A stretch of DNA of 64,000 nucleotides. Origin: Pelagomonas calceolata. Its lineage: Eukaryota. The stretch lies in NCBI GenBank assembly GCA_918797485.1, contig CAKKNE010000005.1:2232001-2296000 (forward strand). The letters are read 5' to 3'. The translations under genes were made by a program, and so were the position numbers. Below, piece by piece: positions 1 to 9,712 of the stretch. A model generated the notes under the pieces. That model was given only the letters and a program-made list of their open reading frames with translations. It searched no databases and had not been told where the DNA came from. Each line of letters opens with the position of its first letter. The first letter of the stretch is position 1.

Positions 1-2394
1 GCCTGCCAGGGCGCCCACAGCGCGCATACGTGTGGCAAGACGAGGAAGAGAAGAAAAGTCGCGCAGCCACCTTTGGAGCCGCCTCGCGTCGTGGTCATTG
101 GCGCTGGCGTCGCGGGCATCGGCTGCGCACGAACACTAGAACAGCTCGGCGCGGTAGTGACAGTAGTCGAAGCCAAACCGAGAGTAGGGGGCCGCTGCGC
201 CTCAACAAAGATCAACGACGAGGGTGCGGCCGTCGACTTAGGTGCTTCTTGGATCCACGGCATCCGGAAGAACCCACTCTATACGGCGGCGTGCCAGCTG
301 GGCTTGCACTGCGTCGACACCGGGGATGATGTGGCTTTGAGAGATGGAGAAACGGGCGTTTCCATCGAACGCGACTCGGCCGAGGACAAACGCGCCTTCG
401 AGGCGTTCAATGCAGCTTTAGCATCTGCAAGGAAGGACGGCGAAGAGAAAGCCCTGGCCGAGAGTCAGCAGGAGGGCCACGTCAAAGCGCGAGCCATGCC
501 TAGACACGGCGTCGACCAGGCCCTAGGACCGGCCGTTTCTTCACTACTCGACGCGCAGTCTCTATCTACAGATACGTTGAAATTAGTCCAGTGGCACCGG
601 GCGAACATGGAGTACGCCAACGCCTGCCCCATGGATTCGTTATCGCTACGATTCTGGGACCAGGACGACGAGCACGCGTATGAAGGGGCGCACTGCGCCG
701 TGCGGGAGGGCCTGGGGGCGTTGTGTGCGGGTTTGGCTCGACCCTTACGAGATGTTAGATTGCAGTGGCCCGTCGCGAAGATCGAACGAGTGAACAACTT
801 GATCGTCGTGACCAAGGAGAATTCGACGGAGACGCTCGTTGCGGAGGTCGTCGTTGTCACCGTACCATTAGGTGTGTTGAAGCGAGGATTGGCCTTTGAA
901 CCGCCCTTACCAAACTGGAAGACGCAGGCTATCGCCAGGCTAGGCTTCGGCGTTTTAGATAAAGTAGCTCTGAAATTTGAGAGGCCCTTTTGGAGGAATG
1001 CGGAATACTGGAACGGGTCCGAGAAGAGAATAGGCAATCTGGGACGCGTGCTAGATGTGTCGGAATATGGGGGCGAGTTCTTCCTCTGGGTCGACCTCGA
1101 GGGTGTCACCAATGAACATGTACTGGTAGCCTTATGTCCCGCGCTCAACGCTGAAAGATTTGAGGTCGATGCGGGTTTTACCACGGGCGGCGAGGCCGTG
1201 CGGAAGGCGCCGTCGAAGGTCGTGGAGAAGTGCTTGGAAGCGTTGAGGAAGTTGCTCGGGGCTTCGTCTGATGAGAAAAATGAGTGGAAGGTGTTGAGCG
1301 CGACGGCGACGGCGTGGCGCGACGACCGACGAGCTCTCGGGTCGTATTCCTTCTTAGCGCCGGGGTGCATACCGGAAGACGTCGACGCGTTGGCGGCGCC
1401 ATGCTGGGGCGGGGTCCTCAGGTGGGCCGGCGAGCATACTTCGAGGGAGCACCTCGCGACGGCGGCCGGCGCTCTGGAATCGGGCCGTGCGGAAGCTAGA
1501 CGAATAGCGAGAGAGACAGGATTGTTGTCACTATCCGACGACGAGGACGAAGAGAGCTGGCCCCACGTGGCCAAGCCGAAACGACCGTCGCGGGAAGCGA
1601 TGAGGGACGCGAGATCCGCGTTATGTGTGCGAAGCTTCGTCAGGAGGGACACGTCGGAGGATGTCTGCGCCTTGTGCGGTTTGAAGAGCGGCGAGGACGC
1701 CGACGTCGAGGGCTTCATGGCGGGTCCTTTACTAGCGTTCGAGCAAGGGTCGAGAATTGTGTGGGTCCATGATGGTTGTGCGGCGGCGTCGTCCGAAGTT
1801 AGGGTATTGGATGACGCCTGGTTCCACGTCCACGCGGCCATTTCTCGTGGTAGGCGCATCGCTTGTGCAGCTTGTGGCCAGAAGGGCGCGACTTTGGGTT
1901 GTATCTCGGCGGAGTGCCCGCATAGTTACCATGGGAGGTGTGCCGCGTTGCACCAAAAGTGGGATTTACGTTTGCACCGTCCGTTAGGCTACCCGAAGCG
2001 CTCGAAGCACGCGTGCATCGAATCTGATTCAAGTGACGAGGAGGTCGACGAGCGCTTCCCCGCGTTTAGCTGTCTGGCGTGCCGGCCGCCTCTACCGAAG
2101 CTCAAACCCTACGCGCAGCACTGCACGGCGCCGTCACTCGATGGACGGCCTTCGGTAAAACGGAACGTGTCCGCGAAAGTGATGCAGCGGCCGCTCGGCG
2201 CACCTAGAAAACCGCCGCCCTTCGCGGCGCCGCCGCCACCGACGACCGAGGCGCCTCGTCCCGTACCCTTCGGCGCGCCGCGGCACAATTTAATGCTGCC
2301 GCGGAAACCGGCGCAACCGGCGCCCGCGGCGGCGCCGTGGCGGCCTCAGCCGCCGCCGCCGCCGCCGCCGGACTGGGTCACGAAGCCGCGGTGA
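1..2394 (+). CDS. FAD amine oxidase (LSD1/KDM1-like) with C-terminal extended PHD-type zinc finger; 5' end lies outside the window
   Basis: VVVIGAGVAG and GGR...DLGASWIHG dinucleotide-binding motifs; GFGVLDKV with the catalytic-type Lys; WAGEHT; C-terminal CALC...VHDGCA...CAACGQKGATLGC...C..SYHGRC. The frame is open from base 1 and 73 is TTG, not ATG. Confidence 0.85.
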   Translation, partial: ACQGAHSAHTCGKTRKRRKVAQPPLEPPRVVVIGAGVAGIGCARTLEQLGAVVTVVEAKPRVGGRCASTKINDEGAAVDLGASWIHGIRKNPLYTAACQLGLHCVDTGDDVALRDGETGVSIERDSAEDKRAFEAFNAALASARKDGEEKALAESQQEGHVKARAMPRHGVDQALGPAVSSLLDAQSLSTDTLKLVQWHRANMEYANACPMDSLSLRFWDQDDEHAYEGAHCAVREGLGALCAGLARPLRDVRLQWPVAKIERVNNLIVVTKENSTETLVAEVVVVTVPLGVLKRGLAFEPPLPNWKTQAIARLGFGVLDKVALKFERPFWRNAEYWNGSEKRIGNLGRVLDVSEYGGEFFLWVDLEGVTNEHVLVALCPALNAERFEVDAGFTTGGEAVRKAPSKVVEKCLEALRKLLGASSDEKNEWKVLSATATAWRDDRRALGSYSFLAPGCIPEDVDALAAPCWGGVLRWAGEHTSREHLATAAGALESGRAEARRIARETGLLSLSDDEDEESWPHVAKPKRPSREAMRDARSALCVRSFVRRDTSEDVCALCGLKSGEDADVEGFMAGPLLAFEQGSRIVWVHDGCAAASSEVRVLDDAWFHVHAAISRGRRIACAACGQKGATLGCISAECPHSYHGRCAALHQKWDLRLHRPLGYPKRSKHACIESDSSDEEVDERFPAFSCLACRPPLPKLKPYAQHCTAPSLDGRPSVKRNVSAKVMQRPLGAPRKPPPFAAPPPPTTEAPRPVPFGAPRHNLMLPRKPAQPAPAAAPWRPQPPPPPPPDWVTKPR

Positions 2395-2440
2395 TCTTTT
2401 GTTGTGTTGTTTATCGTAAGTGTCGTTATTGCATCTACTA

Positions 2441-3585
2441 CTAGGGCCTCGCGTTCCCCGGCGGCGTTCCTTCGCGGGCACGGATCGCGGCGCGCGACTC
2501 TCGCAGGCACTGCTCAATCTCCGTTGTGGTCGGATGCGCGCCACCGAACACGCGTCTCGCGGTCGGTTCCGTCTCCTCGAGCATCGTCACGGCCTCGCGG
2601 AGATCGTCGAGCGCGGCGCCAGCGTCCCTGTAGAGCGCTACCGCGTAATTCGACTTCATCCTGAGCGTGGTGTCATTACTTTCTCCGAGCACTTTTTCCG
2701 CCACGGGGATCGTTTTGCGCAGCAGTGTCCTGCCTTCTTCGAAGCGCTTTAGATGAAGAAGGGTCGCCGCGTAGTTGCTGGCTGCTAAGAGAGTCTTTTG
2801 ATGTTGCTCGCCGTGGAGCCTCAAACGTCCGGAGTATACACCAAGCCGCATCCGCAGAGCTTGATCGTGTTGTCCGAATTTCTCATATGAGCAGGCAAGG
2901 TTGCCTGCACGACGAGAATGATCCCTTCTTGTGCGCCAAGCCGCCGCATCATGGACAACTGAGCCTCATACACGGACAACGCGTCCTCGTCATGCTTTCC
3001 ATCGGATAAACCGCCCCCAAGTACAGTCATCGCCCAGCTCCGAAGCATGTCCGCCTCCGGCCGCCCCACGAACGTCTTCCAGCATGCCCACCCAAGTGCG
3101 CACGCAACGACGCCGTGGTGGCCTTGCTCGCACAGGCTACACGTATACCACCGCGCAAACCTCTCGGACAACGCCTCGTTGCCCAAATTGTTCTCCTCGG
3201 CCTCCGCGACCAAAATCTTCGCCTGCTCCGCCAGACACGACACATGCGCGAAGCCCGCCGTCCCGCGGCACGCACACATGCGCACGAGGCCCTCCTTCGT
3301 TTTCCAGTGGAGCGCCTGCGTGCAGATGTAGCACGTCTGGCCCTTCGTGTCCTCCGCGCACGCCGCCGCCGCGACCGCTACGGTCTCCGTATACTTCGTA
3401 TCGGCATGATATTGCTCGGCGCCGCCTGCTTTTTTTATCAATTTGCAGAGCTTGTCATGGCCTCTTTGCTCCCAGTGTTGTTTCTGGCACTCGGCGCCGC
3501 AGTAGCGCGTGCTGCAGCGGCCGCATTTCTTGCCCAAGGTTAAGCCAAGCTCGGTGGCGCAGACGGCGCATTTTGTGAGGATCAT
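2441..3585 (-). pseudogene. MYND zinc finger + RING-variant + TPR-like protein with a 1-nt frameshift near 2905
   Basis: MILTKCAVC...CGRCSTRYCGAECQKQHW (MYND) and CYIC...CACRGTAGFAHVSCL...CSLC (RINGv). Adding one base near 2905 gives VQGNLACSYEKFGQHDQALRMRLGVYSG and joins ORF 2821-3690 to ORF 2441-2851. Confidence 0.75.
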
Positions 3586-3916
3586 CCCGCAAGTTGGGCA
3601 GCCCGACGGCGTCGGGTAGCTCTGTTTATTGCAATTGCTCTGCTGCCATCTCTCATTCTCTCGCAAAAATGGCCGCGCCCGGCCAAGCATCCCTCCCGCC
3701 CCGAGGCCGTACCCGACCCGTCACCGGGACGGGAAGGGCCTTCCACGTTCCACCGGCGGAGGCTAGTGGGGCCCTGCTAGTTCGAGGCGCTGCAGGCCGC
3801 CGAGGTGCTTTTGCGGCCGCCCCGGGAGCCGAGCAGCTGCCCGCGCCGCCGCCCGACCTCCACGAGGACATCAATAATTCCCAAGAGGCTGCCCGCGCCG
3901 CCGGAGCCGCGCCACG

Positions 3917-5344
3917 ATGCGCACGACACGTAGAAAGGCCGCCGCGCCACTATGCATCTCGGGCAACGAGATGGAGCGCCTTCGAAGCTTCACGCGGCCG
4001 CCCCCCAAGAAAGAAGAAGATTTAAGGAACGAGCACTTGAAAAAACTCAGTGAGGAGCGCGTCAAAAACTGGCCGAACACGTTAGCCGCGCAGCGGAAAA
4101 AAAAGGAGCAGTGGAAGGAAATTAGAGCTGCGGAAGAGGAGGCCTACCGCGTCAAGGTCGACAACGAGGAGCGCGAACTGCGCGAGGCCGCCGCCGCGAA
4201 GGCCTACGCGAAGGCGAAGTACCTCAAGTTCGAGAACCAAGATAAAACGAAGTTTTTGCGCGCCCAGCAGTTGTATTCTGATTGTGTCTACGAAAGACAA
4301 GAACAAATTAGGGAGAAGGAGGTCATGAAGCTCTGGGAGAAGGAGAAGGAGAAGGCGTATCATGAGGACGTCATGCGCCACGTCGCCGAGGGCGACCGGC
4401 GAGAGGCCGCGGAGTTAGAGGCAAGAAAACTGAAAAACGCCGTCATCTGCAAGCAGCAGCAGGCGCAATTAGCGGAGTTCCGCGAGAATTATCTCGAGCG
4501 ACTGAGGATTGAAAAGCGCGACGGCGAGCTCATCCAGAAGAAAGTGGCGAGCAACCTCAAGGAGGACGTGCGCGCCCGAGAGGAAGAGGCCATCAAGCAG
4601 CAGCTCAAACGCAATGAAAACAAGCTCGCGAACGAGGAGCTCAAGAAGCTGAGGCTCGAGGCAGCTGTTGAAGATCAGATCATCGACGCGCGCGTAAAAA
4701 AAGAAGTGAAGCGCAAGGAATACTACGACGCGGAGATCAAGAAGCAGAAAGCGAGGATGTTCGCCGAGAAGCAGCGCATCAAGCAGCGATTGATCGACAA
4801 CGCGACGCGTAACCTCATGAACCAGATGGCGGCGGATGAATCGGCCCTGGAGGAGCAAGTGGAAGCGATGAGGAAGAAGGAGGACGACTTGGAGGCTTTG
4901 AAGCAGCGGAACATCAAGGAGCAGAAGTTGGCCATTGACCAGGCGTGTAAGTCGGCGATGGCTCGCCGTGCTAGAGAACGGGAGGAAGATGAAAGACAGA
5001 CTGCCGAAATGGTCAAGGCCTGGCGGGCCAAGAATAAAGAAATAGATGACGAGGCCGAGGCCGACGAGAAACGGCGCCATGACGAGCTCATGGATCTGAA
5101 GAAAACGCAATATGAGCAGAGGGAGCAGTACCGAGCGCGCGTGCGCCAGGAACGGGCCGATCGCTTGTCGGGCGATACGGGCGAAGCCAACCGTATATTG
5201 CAGGAAGATCTCGAGTTCAGACAAGAAGCGCAGCGCGAGATCGACAAGGCGAAAGCGGCGGGCCGGCCGTGGTACATGCTCCAGAAGGCGAAGGAGGCGA
5301 AGGAGCGGGCGCTGTTCCCTTCCGGGGGGTCGGGGAAGGCCTAA
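3917..5344 (+). CDS. Long coiled-coil protein, trichohyalin-plectin-homology ciliary type (CFAP210/CCDC173-like)
   Basis: 475-aa E/K/R/Q-rich coiled coil with an LSEERVKNWPNTL motif. Confidence 0.65.
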   Translation: MRTTRRKAAAPLCISGNEMERLRSFTRPPPKKEEDLRNEHLKKLSEERVKNWPNTLAAQRKKKEQWKEIRAAEEEAYRVKVDNEERELREAAAAKAYAKAKYLKFENQDKTKFLRAQQLYSDCVYERQEQIREKEVMKLWEKEKEKAYHEDVMRHVAEGDRREAAELEARKLKNAVICKQQQAQLAEFRENYLERLRIEKRDGELIQKKVASNLKEDVRAREEEAIKQQLKRNENKLANEELKKLRLEAAVEDQIIDARVKKEVKRKEYYDAEIKKQKARMFAEKQRIKQRLIDNATRNLMNQMAADESALEEQVEAMRKKEDDLEALKQRNIKEQKLAIDQACKSAMARRAREREEDERQTAEMVKAWRAKNKEIDDEAEADEKRRHDELMDLKKTQYEQREQYRARVRQERADRLSGDTGEANRILQEDLEFRQEAQREIDKAKAAGRPWYMLQKAKEAKERALFPSGGSGKA

Positions 5345-5894
5345 GTTGTCTTCTTCTTTCTTGTACGCGTCGGCGGGCGTACTGGCGGACTTACTGGCTG
5401 GCGTAGATGCTGCCAGTGGCGTCTACCCCGCGCCCCCCGGGTTCTGGCGCCCAGCCCGACGCCAGGCGCGGAGGGGTGCCGTGCCGGGAACCCTCAGGGG
5501 GCCAGCGGGCGGCCGCGGAGGCGCTCCGGCGCTTGCGTAGGTCCTAAGGAAGTTGCCCCGCGGCGCCGACGGGCGCGACTGGAGTTCGCTGGAATCCCGT
5601 TTTTTTACTTGCGTGTATCCAACCTAGCGTCTCTTGGCGACGGGCCGGGAAGAGAACTACTTCCTGAGGGGTGTGGCGATGATGCACGAAAAGCGGCTCG
5701 AGAGGGCTCGTCGAGCTTGCTGGCCGGGCCACGCAGTGCGCTCAATTTGGACCCAGCGCTGCTAAGCGCTGCTCAGTAGCCTCAAAGCTGCGCGCAGAAC
5801 GAGCGCGCCCACAGAAATTCAGCTCTAAGGGCCGGGAAAAAACACCCACACAAGACGCCCCTGCCGCATATACGAAATTATACACCCCCCGCGC

Positions 5895-7883
5895 ATGGCC
5901 CCGCCGCGCGGCCCACGGAAAGAACACCAAAGGCAAGCGACGAGGCCGCCGCTGAGCCCGCCGCGCTCCTCGCCTACGATGGCAGCGGTCGAAAATCCGC
6001 CGGCGCCGCCCGTCCTCGAACCCGTCCAGCCGTCGCCGGAATTGGTGCCGTCGCCGCCGCGCGAGGGCTTGATTCCCATGCCGATCGGCGCCATGGGCAT
6101 GCCCGTGCCGCCGCCCATGTTCCTCGCGGGCGGTTTGGCCCCTTACCCGCCGCACTACGGCGTCCCCGGCCCGTACCCTCCCTTCGCGGCGATGCCTGCC
6201 AGCTTGGTAACTAATCCGCCGCCCCCCGACACGATCTTCCAGGGCACCGTCACGAACTTCGGGCACTTCCCGAAGGACGGCACGGCCTCGAGGCACTGCT
6301 ACGGCTTCATCAAGGTCGACCACACGCACAACGAGGTCTTCGTGTCGGAACAGGACGCCCCGGACGGTTACTTGTCGCAAGGAGACCGCTGCGAGTTTCG
6401 CATTGTCGACGCGAGGACGAACAACCGACGGACGGGCGCGAAGCAGTGGAAGGCCACGGACGTCGTCTGCATTCAAAGAGTGACGCCGATCCCCGAGCAG
6501 CGGCCGCGGCGACTTAGTAGAGTGTCTCCTCCGCAGTCGCAGCCCGACAAGGTCAAAGGTACACTACTGCCTCCCGGAGCTTTTGCACCGTTGTTACTTG
6601 ATGCGTGCGGCTGCGGTGCGCATGCCGCTTTACTCGAGAAGGCCCAGATCGACGATGATATTTTATTTGACACGATTACGTTCGAGGACCTCCAGGCCGC
6701 GGGCCTGCCGTCGCTCGACGCGCGGAGGGTGATTGCTCGTTTAGAACAGCTCAAAGCACCGTCAAAGTCTCTGGAACACAGCTTCCCTCCATTATCAAAC
6801 GGCAAGGCGGCTCCGCCGGTCAAGGAGGAGGCGGGCTGGTCGCAGGTCGCGAAGCCGGTCGTTCCGGAGGCCGTAGTACCGGAGGCGCTCCCCGAGGAAC
6901 CCCCTGTCATCATTGAGGCGCCGGCGCCGGCGCCGGCGCCCTCGCCGCCCGAGAAGCGGAAGAAGCGGCCCGCCAAGAAGAAGCCGGAGCCCGCGCCCGA
7001 GCCCGTCGCTCCGGAGCCGGAGCCGGTGCCCGAGTTGTCACCAGAGGAGATTCAACTCCAAAGAGATATCGATGAGGCCGTGAAGGCGTCCCAGGAGACC
7101 CAGGAGAGTTCCTGGAGCAGCGTGGTCAAGAAGGACCGCAAGGGCCGGCGCGCCGCGCGCGAGAAGCCATTGTTAAATGGAAAGAAGCCGTACGAGACGT
7201 TTACGCTCGAGATTAATGGTTCCAATGCGTTGGAGGGGTGTCGGCTGTACAAAGATAGTATAGATGAAGACTTAGAACAGCGTTTAGTCGATACGGTGGA
7301 CGACATGCTCGCGAGGGACGCGCGGGGCACCTTGGGCGGCCAGCCCTTCCAAGGCGGCCGAGCCAGAAAGATGAAACAAGGACAAAGTAGGACAGATGTG
7401 CAAGCGGGCCCGAAGTTCGACGACTACAAGCACCAGCAGATCCTGACCGAGGGCGACACGCTGGCCGACGGGTCACTATTTGCTCCCGAGCCCATGCCCG
7501 CTGTGGCTCGAGAATTGCACGATGCTCTCATCAGACGAGGTGTCCTATCAGAGGACGCGCCCTTCGCGGACATCTTCCTAGCGAATGTTTATGAGAGAGG
7601 GCAGTTCACCTTGAACCACATCGACGCGAAGTACATCAAGCGACCCTTGATCGTCACATCTCTGTTATCGTCGGGGACCATGGTCTTCGGCAAGAAGCTC
7701 GCGCGGGACCAGGAGAAGAACGGCAGTCGCTTCTTCGGGAAGAACGGTGCTGGTACGAAGCAGATCCGGCTGCCGCCTCGTAGCACGCTGGTGCTGGACG
7801 GCGTTTCTGCCAATGACATCCAGCACGCGATCAACGGCGTCGACAAGCGGCGCATGTCGATCCTCATGCGCATCGCCGCGTAG
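5895..7883 (+). CDS. Cold-shock-like domain + SAM-like segment + AlkB-family 2OG-Fe(II) dioxygenase (ALKBH5/9-like)
   Basis: GTVTNF...YGFIKVDHTHNEVFV (cold shock); NVYERGQFTLNHID, QHAI and RRMSILMR (HxD...H...RxxxxxR). The start may instead be the ATG at 5979. Confidence 0.75.
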   Translation: MAPPRGPRKEHQRQATRPPLSPPRSSPTMAAVENPPAPPVLEPVQPSPELVPSPPREGLIPMPIGAMGMPVPPPMFLAGGLAPYPPHYGVPGPYPPFAAMPASLVTNPPPPDTIFQGTVTNFGHFPKDGTASRHCYGFIKVDHTHNEVFVSEQDAPDGYLSQGDRCEFRIVDARTNNRRTGAKQWKATDVVCIQRVTPIPEQRPRRLSRVSPPQSQPDKVKGTLLPPGAFAPLLLDACGCGAHAALLEKAQIDDDILFDTITFEDLQAAGLPSLDARRVIARLEQLKAPSKSLEHSFPPLSNGKAAPPVKEEAGWSQVAKPVVPEAVVPEALPEEPPVIIEAPAPAPAPSPPEKRKKRPAKKKPEPAPEPVAPEPEPVPELSPEEIQLQRDIDEAVKASQETQESSWSSVVKKDRKGRRAAREKPLLNGKKPYETFTLEINGSNALEGCRLYKDSIDEDLEQRLVDTVDDMLARDARGTLGGQPFQGGRARKMKQGQSRTDVQAGPKFDDYKHQQILTEGDTLADGSLFAPEPMPAVARELHDALIRRGVLSEDAPFADIFLANVYERGQFTLNHIDAKYIKRPLIVTSLLSSGTMVFGKKLARDQEKNGSRFFGKNGAGTKQIRLPPRSTLVLDGVSANDIQHAINGVDKRRMSILMRIAA

Positions 7884-8374
7884 ATGACACCGACCCGCGC
7901 CGGCGCTTGCGCGGGGACACACTAACTTGTGGTTTGATGATAGTTCGTGCCCCCTGCTTGCTCTCCCCGGCGGTCCGCCCGACGCGGCGGCATCCTCCAT
8001 GATAGATAGGGTAGTCTCCGTCGCGCGGCTCGCCGATGGCCGGCTGCTGGCCCGCCTCGGCGGCGTAAGGCCGACGCGTTGTTTACGGCGCTTCGCCGAC
8101 TCGTCGGCGGCGCGCCAAGCCCTTCAGATGACAGGACGGATAGATGTGGGATGGAACCCGTTTTGGAAGTGAATGAGCTGCTCGCTTTTGCCAGGAATAG
8201 CGCTCTCCGCCTCGTATCGTCGGGTCCAGCCCGCGCAGCGCAAACAGTGATCGACGGTGGCAACGGCACGATACTTCTACGCCATACGCCGCCGCAGCGG
8301 CGAACGGGAACGCGCTAGTTACGCCAATAATAGAAGCTAATCAAACGTGTCCAAAGAGCCGTAACCAATCAACG

Positions 8375-9241
8375 ATGCAGCGTCAAGACACCTTAAACTC
8401 CCTCAAGCTCAGCTCGCTGAACCAGTCGCTCGGCTCGAGCACGGGCACAGGCGGGTCGAGGCACCGGCGCCACCAGTCGGACCCGTTCGGGAGTTCATTG
8501 GCGCCCATGTCCGACAGCGACATGGCCGCCTTCCTGGCGGCGGAGGGCGACGAGGACGCGCTCATGCCCGGGTCCCTCCTCTCGTTCGACGACGCCGATC
8601 TCGGGGACATCGGGGATCTCCTACTCCCGACGCCGAGCGGGCCACAAATGCCGGCCTGGCCGTCGCCTAGAACACCTGGGCGGAAGCATCGGAGGACCAT
8701 CTCTGAACCAGCTCTGAATTTTCAGTTTGTCAAAAACGACGTGCACTCCGCGCCCGCGCCGCCACCCGTCAGGAGAGGCGTCTCCGACGAGGGTTATATT
8801 GATGATGCGACGCACCCCCTGATCCTGGGCGATGGTTTGAGGCTGGACTCCTTCGACCTGGAGCTTGATGAACGAGCCATACCACAGATGCCCCCACCGC
8901 CACCGGCACCAGCCCCAAAGCCGAAGCCCTCGCGAGCGGCTCGTAGTACGGGGCGACGACGGAAACCGACGAAGGCCGCGGACCCGGACTTCGTCGATCC
9001 TGATTCTGTCAATTCCGTCTCTCCGGCACCCTCGCGCAAGTCCAAAAGTACCGGAGGGGAAACGAAAAAGTACCGCTGCTCGCGCTGCGGCCAGATCAAG
9101 GCGAACCACGTCTGCCCCTTCCTGAAATATAATAGCGTGGCGACGGGCGTGCAGGCCGATCCTTCCGTGACGGTGACGACGGCGGGCTGCAAAACTCTCA
9201 AAGTGCGGGGGCGCTTCGTCGGGGCGGCGGTGATGGCTTGA
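8375..9241 (+). CDS. Low-complexity protein with a C-terminal YRCSRCGQIKANHVC zinc-binding motif
   Basis: ATG-started 288-aa ORF with a CxxC-x6-HxC motif; possible transcription regulator. Confidence 0.65.
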   Translation: MQRQDTLNSLKLSSLNQSLGSSTGTGGSRHRRHQSDPFGSSLAPMSDSDMAAFLAAEGDEDALMPGSLLSFDDADLGDIGDLLLPTPSGPQMPAWPSPRTPGRKHRRTISEPALNFQFVKNDVHSAPAPPPVRRGVSDEGYIDDATHPLILGDGLRLDSFDLELDERAIPQMPPPPPAPAPKPKPSRAARSTGRRRKPTKAADPDFVDPDSVNSVSPAPSRKSKSTGGETKKYRCSRCGQIKANHVCPFLKYNSVATGVQADPSVTVTTAGCKTLKVRGRFVGAAVMA

Positions 9242-9712
9242 TATGGTGGTGGGGCCGTGTGTATGGACATGGACATTAATTCTTTACTACTCTTTACTCT
9301 CGTTGTTCCGCGCGCGGGCGTCTCGCGGGCCGCCGCGCGAAGCTCCGTTCGCCCTCCAGTTTTCTGGGCCGCCAGGGAGCCCTCGCTGGTGGCCGAGGAA
9401 CGCTCTGGCTTCCGCGCGCGGCCTCAGCGCCTCGACCATGCTGGGAGAGCCTGGCAATTACCGTGCTCGCAGAGGCTGTCGCGCGCACCAATACGCTAGG
9501 CGCAGCGTCCACGTATCGCTGTCGTCGCGGTAGAAGATTTAGCAGAAACTTCGCGCGCCGGCCATCCCTACGGCCTCTTTGTCTGCGAGGCTGCCTGGGC
9601 CTTGTGGCAGCGATCCGCAATCCCTAAATCGAGGGCGCACCCGTGGTCGCTGAGCAAGCAGCGCGCGGCCGAGCTTCGGATTTCTAAGTCCACGGCCTCA
9701 GCGAGGAGTAGC

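Noticed and set aside
465..1859. 464-aa antisense ORF and many similar overlapping ORFs across the window
   Set aside because: These are shadows of real genes in GC-rich DNA, with Arg/Ser/Ala-rich translations and no motifs.
5345..5890. Possible ncRNA or element in the GC-rich gap
   Set aside because: No tRNA cloverleaf, known RNA motif or second copy in the window.
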